64,000 nucleotides of DNA from Patescibacteria group bacterium (GTDB lineage: Bacteria > Patescibacteriota > Minisyncoccia > UBA6257 > 02-FULL-45-10c): positions 3,070 through 67,069 of the forward strand of contig JAGWYA010000002.1 of the NCBI GenBank assembly GCA_018969615.1, written 5' to 3'. Shown piece after piece: positions 1-9,098 of this stretch. Under the pieces are notes generated by a model. That model was not told the DNA's origin. It saw only the letters and a list, made by a program, of their open reading frames with translations, and made no database searches. The first letter of the stretch is position 1, and the number at the start of each line of letters is the position of its first letter. The translations under genes were made by a program, and so were the position numbers.

Positions 1-969
1 CGCCGCTTCCTTTTGCACTACAACTTCCCGCCGTACTCGGTCGGTGAGATCGGTCCATTCCGCGGCCCGGGTCGCCGCGAGATCGGCCACGGCAACCTTG
101 CGCACAAAGCGCTCCGCGCGCTCATTCCGCCGCAGGAAGAATTCCCGTACACGATCCGCGTGGTATCCGAGATCCTTTCTTCGAACGGTTCATCCTCAAT
201 GGCGACCGTGTGCGCCGGCAGCTTGTCGATGATGGACGCAGGCGTTCCGCTCCGCAAACCGGCAGCCGGTATCGCCATGGGTCTCATCCTCAGCGATGAC
301 GGAAAGGACTTCAAAGTGTTGACCGATATTCAGGGCCCTGAGGACCACCACGGCGACATGGACTTCAAAGCCGCGGGAACCGATGCGGGCGTGACCGCGA
401 TCCAGATGGACGTAAAGATCCAGGGTATCACGATCGAAATGCTCGAAAAGACCCTCGCACAGGCAAAAGAAGCGCGCCTCCACATTTTAAAGACGATCAC
501 CGGCGCATTGCCGGCACCGCGCAAAGAGCTTTCCAAATATGCGCCGAGCATCATCACGATCATGATCGATCCTGAAAGGATCGGTGAACTGATCGGCCCG
601 GGCGGCAAAGTGATCAACGGCATCATTGAGAAGACCGGCGCAACGTCGATCGACATCGAAGATGACGGCCATGTCTTCATCACCGCAAAGGACCAGGAAA
701 CCGGCAAGAGAGCGCTCGCCGAAGTCGAAGGCATCATGAAAGAGTATAAGATCGGCGATGTCGTTGAAGGAACGGTTGTGAAGATCCTCGAATTCGGCGC
801 GATCGTCGAGTTCGCACCCGGCCATGACGGCATGGTCCATGTTTCCGAGCTCAAAGAAGGGTTCGTGAAGCGCGTGGAGGACGTCCTGAAGGTCGGCGAC
901 TTCGTCAAAGCGAAGATCGTCAAAATGGACCACGGGAAGATCGGCCTCTCCATCAAGCAGCTGAAGTAA
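1..969 (+). CDS. pnp: Polyribonucleotide nucleotidyltransferase (PNPase), 5'-truncated by window edge
   Basis: Second RNase PH domain motifs HYNFPPYSVGE, RREIGHG, SNGSSSMA, GDMDFK followed by KH (IGPGGK) and S1 domains. Confidence 0.97.
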   Translation, partial: RRFLLHYNFPPYSVGEIGPFRGPGRREIGHGNLAHKALRALIPPQEEFPYTIRVVSEILSSNGSSSMATVCAGSLSMMDAGVPLRKPAAGIAMGLILSDDGKDFKVLTDIQGPEDHHGDMDFKAAGTDAGVTAIQMDVKIQGITIEMLEKTLAQAKEARLHILKTITGALPAPRKELSKYAPSIITIMIDPERIGELIGPGGKVINGIIEKTGATSIDIEDDGHVFITAKDQETGKRALAEVEGIMKEYKIGDVVEGTVVKILEFGAIVEFAPGHDGMVHVSELKEGFVKRVEDVLKVGDFVKAKIVKMDHGKIGLSIKQLK

Positions 970-1000
970 TAGACTTGATAAGTTTGCGGCCATAGTTTAT

Positions 1001-1039
1001 AAAAGATAAGACTCCACAGTGATGGAGTCTTATCTTTTT
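1001..1039. terminator. Intrinsic terminator after pnp
   Basis: aaaagataagactcca-cagtga-tggagtcttatctttt 16-bp stem ending in a T run. Confidence 0.75.
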
Positions 1040-1060
1040 CAAAGGAGGAAAAGAAAAGAC

Positions 1061-1483
1061 ATGGCATCGTACTCATACAACGATGCGGGCCAGTTCATTG
1101 ACAGGTCAAAGATCCTTATCAGCGGACACGCACGAAGCCAATTCTTCGATCGTGTCAAAGAGGCATATCGCTTTTGCCAAGATCAGGGGGTGCGGGAGAA
1201 AAAAATGCTCAGCGTAATCGGCGCTCCGCGTCTCGCCACCTATGAGGAGGCGGATCAATGGATCCGACGGCTCTTAAACGAGGCGACCGCCCATAACGCC
1301 ATAACAAAAACACGGGGCGTGGATGCGGTCCTCGCATACTTGCGGACGAATGAGCGCGTCTTCTATTTACGCGCCGGTCATTGGCAGTTTGTGATCACGC
1401 CGCACAATGAACGCCGGGGTTTCTACGCCATTAAAACCGTCCTCTGGCTTGATGATCGGATCTATCAGCGCCTGCAGAGCTAA
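1061..1483 (+). CDS. Hypothetical protein (140 aa)
   Basis: ORF with AGGAGG upstream of ATG 1061, bounded by terminators; no family recognised. Confidence 0.65.
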   Translation: MASYSYNDAGQFIDRSKILISGHARSQFFDRVKEAYRFCQDQGVREKKMLSVIGAPRLATYEEADQWIRRLLNEATAHNAITKTRGVDAVLAYLRTNERVFYLRAGHWQFVITPHNERRGFYAIKTVLWLDDRIYQRLQS

Positions 1484-1489
1484 AAGGGT

Positions 1490-1517
1490 ATCCCCAACGA
1501 ATTTGTTGGGGATTTTT
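1490..1517 (+). terminator. Intrinsic terminator
   Basis: atccccaac-gaattt-gttggggat followed by T run. Confidence 0.75.
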
Positions 1518-1667
1518 GTTACTATGCTACAATAAAAGGTATACAACCCTCGGTATGCCGGCTCCGATCTGAGCCGCGTATCGCACGGCATTTAATAAAG
1601 TCGCTTCAACGAAATTAACATAATTAATCTGGTCCGCACGATACCGTCGGATCACCACCTACTACGT

Positions 1668-2825
1668 ATGGATAATAATTCACCTTTGGGCATGAATCAG
1701 CAGCCGGGAGGAATGCCGCCGGTTCCGCCGCAGCGGCCGACGACTCCGCCACCGCCGCCACCGCCGGAGATCACGCTCCGCACGATGCAGTCCGATATGC
1801 AGGATCTTAAGCAAAGCGGCGGAGCCGGATCCGCTCCGAAGCCGTTCACGCCTCCGGAACTGAAATCTGATCTGCGACAGTCAATGACCCCGCCTCCGAT
1901 GCCGAAAATGCCGCAGGGCAGTTTAGGCGAGCCGCGCCCGGCGATGCCGGCAGGTTCAGCAGCGCCGAAGATCGAAGCCGAAGCTCCGAAAGGAGGGAAC
2001 TGGAAAAAGATCGTCCTCTGGGGCGGCATCCTTATCGTGATCGTCGCCGCCGGCGTTGCAGGCTATCTCTTTGTTTACCCGGCGCTCTTCCCGCAGGTTC
2101 CGCCGGCGCCGCCTGCTCCGGTAGTAACCCCGGTCCAAACACCGACCCCGGCTCCATCACCGATGCCAGCCGCCCCGGTGACCGCTCCTGCGACAACGAC
2201 CGCAACCTCAACCGAGGCAACCGCAACGACGACGCTGAGCGCGACGACACCGGCGCCTGCACCGGCCCATGTTTCGCTTCTTGCATCCGTTGCAAACACC
2301 ATCCCGCTGACCATCTCGCCGCTTGACCTTGTGACCCTGAAAGCTGCATTGCAGACCGAAGCGCAAAAACTGGGTGCAACCGATACCCTCACCGAGGTCA
2401 CGCTTCACGATGCGAACGATCAGATGCTGACCGCGGGAAATGTCATGTCCGCGATCCTTCCTGATCTGACCGCAGGCACCGTCACGAATCTCTTCAATGC
2501 CGACATGACGACGGCGCTCTACAAGGACGCGAACGGCGTCTGGCCGGTCTACATCCTGCAGTTAAGCACGACCGCAAGCCAGGTAGCGGCACAGCCAACC
2601 GTGACCGGACTCGAATCATCGCCGAACCTCGCGAACCTCTTTATTTCGGCACCGGGCGCCGCAGCGGCAACCGCCTTCAAGAGCGGTACCGTGAACGGGA
2701 CTGCGACCCGCTATATGCCGTACACGACGACCGGCGCATCGCTGAACATCGCCTGGTCCGGAACGAAACTGGTCATCAGCACGTCATACAACGGCGTGAA
2801 AAAAGTTCTGAGCGACCTGAAATAA
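1668..2825 (+). CDS. Proline-rich single-pass membrane protein
   Basis: Pro-rich N-terminus (P7 tract, RTMQSD), TM helix IVLWGGILIVIVAAGVAGYLFVY, Pro/Thr linker, globular C-terminal domain. Confidence 0.8.
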   Translation: MDNNSPLGMNQQPGGMPPVPPQRPTTPPPPPPPEITLRTMQSDMQDLKQSGGAGSAPKPFTPPELKSDLRQSMTPPPMPKMPQGSLGEPRPAMPAGSAAPKIEAEAPKGGNWKKIVLWGGILIVIVAAGVAGYLFVYPALFPQVPPAPPAPVVTPVQTPTPAPSPMPAAPVTAPATTTATSTEATATTTLSATTPAPAPAHVSLLASVANTIPLTISPLDLVTLKAALQTEAQKLGATDTLTEVTLHDANDQMLTAGNVMSAILPDLTAGTVTNLFNADMTTALYKDANGVWPVYILQLSTTASQVAAQPTVTGLESSPNLANLFISAPGAAAATAFKSGTVNGTATRYMPYTTTGASLNIAWSGTKLVISTSYNGVKKVLSDLK

Positions 2826-2844
2826 CGATAGAATGAGATCGTTC

Positions 2845-2880
2845 AAAAAACCGCTTCGACTTTGGTCGGAGCGGTTTTTT
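2845..2880. terminator. Bidirectional terminator between convergent genes
   Basis: aaaaaa-ccgcttcgac-tttg-gtcggagcgg-tttttt. Confidence 0.8.
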
Positions 2881-2881
2881 A

Positions 2882-4423
2882 TTACACCTCGTCGCGCAGC
2901 CGGTAATGGAATGCTTCGCTGAGATGCTTCAAGGTCACCTGATCGCTCCGATCAAGGTCCGCGATCGTCCGCGCCGTCTTGAGCGCCCGATAATAGCCGC
3001 GCGCGGATAAGGTTTGTTTTGCATACAGTGTTTTTAAGAACTGTTCGCCTTCGGCATCAAGAGGGACCAGCGTATCGACCATGCGCGAGGTCATCTCGGA
3101 ATTCGTCATGATCGGGACCCCCGCCGCACGGAACCGCTCTTGCTGTCGCAGGCGCGCATCGGCGATCTGTTTTCGCATTGCCGCAGCGCCTTCCGTATCG
3201 CGCGTGCGCGCACGCAATTCATCAAGCTTCACGCGCGGAACTGCGATCTGCAGATCGATGCGGTCAAGCAGCGGACCGGAGATCTTCTTTTGATACCGGA
3301 TCGTCTCATAGGCGGAACAGGTGCATTCCTTTTCGTCATCCCCGTAATATCCGCACGGGCACGGGTTCATCGCCGCAACCAGGATGAATTTCGCCGGAAA
3401 GACCAGATTGTTCTTCACGCGCGAGATCACCACTTTTCCGCTCTCCAGCGGCTGGCGCAGCGCCTCTAAAAGATCACGCCTGAACTCGGGAAGCTCATCA
3501 AGGAACAGAACGCCGCGATGCGCAAGACTGATCTCGCCGGGGCGGGGATTCTGTCCGCCGCCGATGACCGCGACCGGGGATGCGGTCTGATGAGGGGACC
3601 TGAACGGACGCCAGCTGATGAACGCATCGTGCTTCAAAAGGCCCGCAGCGCTATAGATCTGCGTAACCTCAATGATCTCATCGTGCGCCGGCGGCGGGAG
3701 GAGCGATCCGAGCGCCTGAGCCAGCATCGTTTTTCCGGTTCCCGGACTTCCCTGCATCAGCAGATTATGACCGCCTGCCGCGGCGATCATCAGCGCGCGC
3801 TTTGCCGGCAACTGCCCTTTGATGTCCGCGATATCAACAAGATGGTGCGCCGACGAAAGCGATCCCCGGAGATCGGTCCGCGGCTGGAGAACGTTCGACG
3901 CACGTCCTTCAAGCATAAGAATAAGTTCCTGTAATGTGGCCGCGGGGAGCACCGAGACCCCTTCGACGATCGCCGCCTCAGCTGCGTTCGCCTTCGGGAC
4001 CACAACGGTTGTGAAACCGGCACGATGCGCGGCACGGGCGATGTTTAAAACTCCGCTCACGCTCCGGATCGCTCCATCCAAAGCGAGCTCGCCCGCAAAA
4101 AGCATCGCGGAAGCATCGAACGCTTTCATCTGCTTGGTCGCCAGGAGATAGCCGATCGCGATCCCGAGATCATATTGCGATCCGGTCTTCTTCACATCGG
4201 CGGGAGCCAAGTTCACCACGATCTTCCGGTTCTCCCGATTCGGCGGCTTCACGCCGCTGTTCTTCAGCGCCGAGCCGACGCGTTCTTTTGCTTCTGACAA
4301 CGATTTATCCGCAAGCCCGACGATCGCAAAACTATGCAGCCCCGAATGGATATCCGTCTCGATCTCGATCACCTGCGCATCGATCCCGTCAACCGATGCG
4401 GAAAAAACCTTGGAAAGGTTCAT
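2882..4423 (-). CDS. comM: YifB/ComM family Mg-chelatase-like AAA+ ATPase
   Basis: IVGLAD..EAKERV, VNLAPAD, GELALDG, Walker A GSPGTGKT, PFRSPH, GEISLAHRGVLFLDE, AMNPCPCG, SGPLLDRID. Confidence 0.95.
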   Translation of the reverse strand: MNLSKVFSASVDGIDAQVIEIETDIHSGLHSFAIVGLADKSLSEAKERVGSALKNSGVKPPNRENRKIVVNLAPADVKKTGSQYDLGIAIGYLLATKQMKAFDASAMLFAGELALDGAIRSVSGVLNIARAAHRAGFTTVVVPKANAAEAAIVEGVSVLPAATLQELILMLEGRASNVLQPRTDLRGSLSSAHHLVDIADIKGQLPAKRALMIAAAGGHNLLMQGSPGTGKTMLAQALGSLLPPPAHDEIIEVTQIYSAAGLLKHDAFISWRPFRSPHQTASPVAVIGGGQNPRPGEISLAHRGVLFLDELPEFRRDLLEALRQPLESGKVVISRVKNNLVFPAKFILVAAMNPCPCGYYGDDEKECTCSAYETIRYQKKISGPLLDRIDLQIAVPRVKLDELRARTRDTEGAAAMRKQIADARLRQQERFRAAGVPIMTNSEMTSRMVDTLVPLDAEGEQFLKTLYAKQTLSARGYYRALKTARTIADLDRSDQVTLKHLSEAFHYRLRDEV

Positions 4424-4623
4424 GAAATATGAGAAAAACCCGTGCCATGACGGGGTAAATAAAAAAGCCCGGAACCGACGATCCGGAGGAAGGGGTCAGA
4501 AAAACGTATTTTTCTGGTGGGACACATAACGTGGCGTACGGTGTGAAATGATACCTATCGTAATAGGGAAATAAGCTCTATGGCTTATTTCATGCACATG
4601 TTACTTGTAGTGAGCTTGCCGAA

Positions 4624-4965
4624 CTATTTTTTCTGCTTGCAGGCTTTGCAAAGCCGGGATTCGGGATCGATCTTCAAAACCTCAAGCGGGATCGCTTTGC
4701 CGCACTGCTCGCATTTCCCGTACTCTTTGCTGTCGATCTTGCCCAGAGCGTGTTCGATCTCGGCCAAGCGCTCCTTCAATGCGGTCGTGATACCAAGCTC
4801 GTTGCCGGTCTCTTCCGCTTCGTCGGCCTCTTCCGACATATCCTCGCCTTCGACGTCATCGCCGAAATCAGGCGTCTTTGAATGCCGCGCAACTTCCGCG
4901 TCTAATTCTCCCGCTTCTTTTTCCAGCTGCTCTTTCAGAGCTTGCATTTCTTTTTCAGTAAGCAT
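4624..4965 (-). CDS. TraR/DksA family C4 zinc-finger protein
   Basis: Coiled-coil N-terminus, then YGKCEQCG...I...L...P...LCKAC. Confidence 0.88.
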   Translation of the reverse strand: MLTEKEMQALKEQLEKEAGELDAEVARHSKTPDFGDDVEGEDMSEEADEAEETGNELGITTALKERLAEIEHALGKIDSKEYGKCEQCGKAIPLEVLKIDPESRLCKACKQKK

Positions 4966-5025
4966 GCCCTTATTCTAGTACAGCCGGCGGTTTTGTAAAG
5001 CGCCTTCCGGTACGAAAAACGCTAT

Positions 5026-5054
5026 TTGACAGTGCAATTTTTTTATGGTACTCT
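5026..5054 (+). promoter_or_regulatory. Sigma70-type promoter
   Basis: TTGACA(5026)-17 nt-TACTCT(5049) with extended -10 TG. Confidence 0.65.
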
Positions 5055-5139
5055 ATAAAACAAGTTAGCCAGTACCTTGTACAACAGCAGAAGTGTCGTT
5101 AAATCAACCCCCAATACGGGGCAGGAGAGGTGTACGACC

Positions 5140-5907
5140 ATGAAGAACGAGTCGAGAGCGCAGGAGCTGGAAAAGAAGTACGGCCTCGTCTACAAGCTCG
5201 CCTCGAACGTCTCGACGACCGTCGGGACGCTGGAGAACCTGAAGCACAACGGGCAGGCACCGACGTCCGAGCAGGTTTCGGCGAGCGTCGAGGCGAAGAT
5301 GAAACTCCAGAGGGCCGCGATCGAGCTTTCCCCGAGGAAAGTCTCGGAGGTGGCGGAGTACGTCGAGCGGATGGCCTTCGCGTCGGCGATGGTTCCCGAG
5401 GGGAACAGACTCGTCTGGAAGCCCGAAGTGAGCTCGAGCATCGCGAACCGGCTCGTCTCGCTCCGGGAGGCGTTCGTCCTGAAGACGGAGGCTGAGGCGA
5501 AGCAGGACAGCCGCTGGAAGATCTGCTCGTCGCGGATCCTCTTCGTGCGGTCCTTCATCAACCTGGCCAAGGTGACGGGCTACGAGCCGCGCCACGGCAT
5601 GAACCCGCGCGCGGTGCGCGAGGTCCTGGAGATGGCGGACAAGCAGCTGAAGCATCTCGAGACGACGACGCTCGGAGACGCGGACAAGCGGATGAAGATG
5701 TGGGAGTCCGCGAAGCGCCTGCGGAGCGTCGCGCCGAAGCACTGGCTCGTCGAGAAGAAGCCGGAGCCCAAGCAGTACCAGGGCGAGTCCGGGTCGTTCA
5801 AGCTCGGCGCCGCGTGCGGCGTCGAGTCCGACACGACGGCCAATCCGTCCCCGAAGAAGGCGAAGAAGCGCCCGAAGTTCACCTCGGGCGGGGAGCAGAA
5901 GGCGTAA
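5140..5907 (+). CDS. Hypothetical protein with Lys-rich C-terminus (255 aa)
   Basis: ATG 5140 after GGAGAGG; third codon positions almost all G/C; own promoter and downstream hairpin. Confidence 0.75.
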   Translation: MKNESRAQELEKKYGLVYKLASNVSTTVGTLENLKHNGQAPTSEQVSASVEAKMKLQRAAIELSPRKVSEVAEYVERMAFASAMVPEGNRLVWKPEVSSSIANRLVSLREAFVLKTEAEAKQDSRWKICSSRILFVRSFINLAKVTGYEPRHGMNPRAVREVLEMADKQLKHLETTTLGDADKRMKMWESAKRLRSVAPKHWLVEKKPEPKQYQGESGSFKLGAACGVESDTTANPSPKKAKKRPKFTSGGEQKA

Positions 5908-5920
5908 GCCGGCGACACAC

Positions 5921-5957
5921 GCCCCACCGATACCGATCAACTCGGTATCGGTGGGGC
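5921..5957. terminator. GC-rich hairpin, probable terminator
   Basis: gccccaccgataccga-tcaac-tcggtatcggtggggc, 16-bp perfect stem; weak T tract. Confidence 0.55.
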
Positions 5958-6095
5958 ACCAATTTCTTACTGAGTGCACATCTGATGATCGAACCAAAGT
6001 TGGATCATGAAATGTGTTCTTTGACAGCTGGAAAATAGCACAGAGTCAAAACTGACCTGATTTGTTGACGCATACACCGTACCGAAGGAGGTCGT

Positions 6096-7535
6096 ATGAA
6101 CAAAAATGAGACCGGCGGAGCGTACTTCATCGCTCTCGGCGGCGGCAGCAACATCGGCGCAAAGATGCTCGTCCTGGTCTTTCCGCGGGAAAAGATGATC
6201 TTCATCTTCGACTGCGGCATCGGGATGTTGCCGAAGAACGGCAACGCGGATAACATCTACCTTTCAGATCTCGCGAAGTTCGCTGAGCTGATGGCGATGC
6301 ATCCCGGATTCCGGGTCGTGCTCATGCTCACGCATGCGCATATGGATCACATCGGCGGAGTTCCGCTTCTGAAGAAGCTCTACCCGCAGATCGAGATCCG
6401 CAGCACCGAGCCGACGGCCGGGGTCATGGAAGTGATGTGCCGGGATTCGATCAAGATCCGCAAAGGATCCGATCTGCCCGAACACTACACCGAAGATGAC
6501 CTCGTCAGATGTATAGAGTCCATTCATATCGTCCGGTCGGCTGACTGGATCGATCTGAAGCACAGCGGTTTCATGGTTCGGTTCGAACCCGCAGGTCATA
6601 TCTGCGGAGCCTCGACCGTCCTCGTGAAAACCCCGTACGGGATCTTCGCGGATTCCGGGGACATCAGCTTCTACGACACCACGACGGTTCGGGGTGCCTC
6701 CAAGAAGCTCTTCGACCAAGTTCGGTGGCTGTCGATCGAATCCACGAACGGAGATGTTTCGATCGAGGATCCGGAGACTGTCATGAGCGAGCTGGTGAAG
6801 GCGACTCTCGACATCAAGCGCAATAAAGGGAATAGCCTCATACCCGGATTCGCAAATGGCCGCGGACCGGATGTCGCGATCCGCCTCGGGAGAGAACTGC
6901 AGAAATACGGAATCAATGTGTGGTCAGGCGGGCTTCTCCGTCAAGTTACGGAGAGTCAAAGCAAGGCTCATTGGGGTTCCGATCGCCGCTTCCGGTATTC
7001 TTACCATCGGGGAAAGATGGGGAAACCGGTATTCAACCTGGAGCCTGAGAACGTTCGCTGGGTTCACGGATACAACTTCGGCGATATCGTTGATTCCTCG
7101 GGGAACGTCGTCGTCATTCCGAACGGGATGGTCGAGGCGGGGTACGCTCAGGACTTCCTTTCGGAATGGGCCGGGGACAGACGAAACGGCATCTTCATCG
7201 TCGGCTACCAAGCCGAAGGAACGAAAGGAAGGGAGCTTCTCGGCCTCAAGCCGGGCGGGAAGATCACCCTGACAAGTCCCATCAACGGGCACAGCGAGGA
7301 GATCACAGTGAACGCGACCGTGCGGCAGTTCCGTTTCTCAGGACACGCGGACGGCGACCAGCTCGCCGACTGGGTGCACCGGATGAACACGCACGACGGT
7401 CGTTCGCTCGACAAGATGATCCTGGTGCACGGAAATCCGAACGGACAGGAGGGTTTGCGTCAGAAAGCTCTGGCGCTGCCCAACAGTCCGAAAGAGATCC
7501 TCATCGGGAAAAACTGCGAGATCATCAAGCTGTAA
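6096..7535 (+). CDS. MBL-fold beta-CASP ribonuclease (divergent paralog 1)
   Basis: FDCG, THAHMDHIGG, AGHICG, SGD, ESTNG, VGYQAEGT, FSGHAD, LVHG motifs; AAGGAGGT RBS. Confidence 0.9.
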   Translation: MNKNETGGAYFIALGGGSNIGAKMLVLVFPREKMIFIFDCGIGMLPKNGNADNIYLSDLAKFAELMAMHPGFRVVLMLTHAHMDHIGGVPLLKKLYPQIEIRSTEPTAGVMEVMCRDSIKIRKGSDLPEHYTEDDLVRCIESIHIVRSADWIDLKHSGFMVRFEPAGHICGASTVLVKTPYGIFADSGDISFYDTTTVRGASKKLFDQVRWLSIESTNGDVSIEDPETVMSELVKATLDIKRNKGNSLIPGFANGRGPDVAIRLGRELQKYGINVWSGGLLRQVTESQSKAHWGSDRRFRYSYHRGKMGKPVFNLEPENVRWVHGYNFGDIVDSSGNVVVIPNGMVEAGYAQDFLSEWAGDRRNGIFIVGYQAEGTKGRELLGLKPGGKITLTSPINGHSEEITVNATVRQFRFSGHADGDQLADWVHRMNTHDGRSLDKMILVHGNPNGQEGLRQKALALPNSPKEILIGKNCEIIKL

Positions 7536-7539
7536 CGAC

Positions 7540-7577
7540 AAGACCCCATGCACAACGTGTGTATGGGGTCTTTTTTT
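7540..7577 (+). terminator. Intrinsic terminator
   Basis: aagaccccatgcac-aacgt-gtgtatggggtctt followed by T run. Confidence 0.8.
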
Positions 7578-7603
7578 ATTTTTGTATCATGTATTTCTTA
7601 AAA

Positions 7604-7661
7604 AACAAAAGTGTATTTTTTGGAGCATAAGAACCCGAGGATCTAAAAATACACTTTTGTT
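7604..7661 (+). repeat. Conserved-loop hairpin HL1 (loop ATAAGAACCCGAG)
   Basis: aacaaaagtgtattttt / aaaaatacacttttgtt stem with the 13-nt family loop at 7627-7639. Confidence 0.8.
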
Positions 7662-7683
7662 GCAACTTTAGGCTTATTCCCGC

Positions 7684-7718
7684 CTACTGCCCACTGCCTA
7701 CGCGCTACTCCCTACTTG
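7684..7718 (+). repeat. Degenerate CTACTGC heptamer array (5 units)
   Basis: CTACTGC CCACTGC CTACGCG CTACTCC CTACTTG. Confidence 0.7.
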
Positions 7719-7730
7719 GCGAATGGATTC

Positions 7731-8001
7731 AGAACCCATTTGCGAAATAGTTTCTAGGCGCGTTGCGAGGAAAAATGGAATAGCTCAAGAAGCAACGACG
7801 AGATCGCAGCATGAGCTGCCTCGAGGAGGAGCAACGAAGGGCTATTCCATTTTAACCGCAACCCACAGGGATAGGGTCAATTTTATTTATACCTTCGTTA
7901 CTCGTCAGAAAGGTAGCTACAGCTACGATTTCTTCCTCGCGCCTTACTCTAAATAAAATTGACCACTATCGCGCCAGTAATCTATTTCGCAAATGGGTTC
8001 T
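7731..8001. mobile_element. MITE-like nested inverted-repeat element
   Basis: 20-bp perfect IR agaacccatttgcgaaatag (7731-7750) / ctatttcgcaaatgggttct (7982-8001); inner stems 7772-7784/7841-7853 and 7875-7889/7950-7964. Confidence 0.6.
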
Positions 8002-8980
8002 TGGCCCCATAAACTTCAAAATGCAAATTACATCCCGAAGGCCCGTCATTCTGGCCCGTATCTCCCGTCAGCGCGATCTCCTTTCCTTTCGCCACATAAT
8101 CACCGACCGACACTAAGTTCTTTGAGGTATGCGCATACCGGGTCTTGGTGCCGTTCGGATGGTCGATCAAAATATAATTCCCGTATCCTCCGTTCCATCC
8201 CGAACCAACCACTTCAACGACCAATCCTTCGGCGGCCGCATACACCGGCGTACCGCATGCGTTCGTGATATCAACGGCATTATAGGAATACAACCGCCCG
8301 CCGTTCCAACCCGTCGTCGGGATCGAGAAATATCCAGGCAGGCTCGGCAGGCCGGAAAGCGACGCATAGTTCGTCGATCGCACCGGCCGCCCTCCCGGGA
8401 TGATCAGCGATGACGCGGTCGCGATCTGCGAAGGCACGAAGCCGGGGTTCGCATGAAGGATGCTTTGCACGGAAACATCGTACAGAGCGGCAATGCTGTC
8501 CAGTGTTTCACCGTCCTGTATCTGATGAAGCACGCCGTTCACCGGCAAGATCGTCAACTGCTGTCCCGGACGCAGCACTGACCAGTTAACACCCGTGTTC
8601 GCCCAGATCAATGTGTTCAATGAAATACCGAAGTTCGCCGCAATGATCGATGCCGAGTCGCCGGACTGGACCGTATAAAGCAATACGCCGCCGCGCGTCG
8701 GCACGACGTTGCTCAGCGGATTATCGCTGTTCAACAGCGCCGCACCGCCGACCACGTTCATCGGCGCATCAGTATTGACCGCGATCGCCGCCTCGCTGTC
8801 GATCGGACTTCCCGAATAGAGCGCCGCAGTGTCAGCGCTCAATGCGGCATCAACGGACAGCGGCTGCCCCGAAAGATAGAGCTGCGCCTTCAACGCCTGG
8901 TACCCGCCCGGCGCCGCAAAGATATATTGAGAGACCACAAAGTTCCCGATCGCCATGACCGCAATGAACACGACCGTCAT
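7982..8980 (-). CDS. LysM-LysM-M23 peptidase family protein (catalytic His substituted; start uncertain)
   Basis: N-terminal TM, two LysM repeats (YTVQSGDS, HQIQDGETL), M23 motifs GTPVYAAAEG, GYGNYILIDH, TRYAH, LHFEV. Confidence 0.88.
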   Translation of the reverse strand: MTVVFIAVMAIGNFVVSQYIFAAPGGYQALKAQLYLSGQPLSVDAALSADTAALYSGSPIDSEAAIAVNTDAPMNVVGGAALLNSDNPLSNVVPTRGGVLLYTVQSGDSASIIAANFGISLNTLIWANTGVNWSVLRPGQQLTILPVNGVLHQIQDGETLDSIAALYDVSVQSILHANPGFVPSQIATASSLIIPGGRPVRSTNYASLSGLPSLPGYFSIPTTGWNGGRLYSYNAVDITNACGTPVYAAAEGLVVEVVGSGWNGGYGNYILIDHPNGTKTRYAHTSKNLVSVGDYVAKGKEIALTGDTGQNDGPSGCNLHFEVYGAKNPFAK

Positions 8981-9098
8981 CGCGGTCGTCCAATCTTTCA
9001 AAAAAGACGCGAGCGTCCTTGCTTTATGGAGTTGTTGACGTAAGATATCAATAATATCGATAGCGTAGCATGTGCCCCGTGCCCGCTCAATACCACCT

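Noticed and set aside
1001-1038. ATAAGACTCC here and AAGACCCC at 7540 as members of the conserved-loop family
   Set aside because: The motif-like bases are in the stems of ordinary terminators, not in a 13-nt loop.
5104-5997. 297-aa minus-strand ORF, and similar long antisense ORFs at 9585-10586, 39689-40933, 52999-54303, 54766-55614, 59365-60378 and 61756-62592
   Set aside because: Shadows of well-supported opposite-strand genes caused by high GC3; no motifs or start signals.
7723-7956. 77-aa ORF inside the nested IR element
   Set aside because: No RBS or motifs; the sequence is explained by the stem-loop structure.
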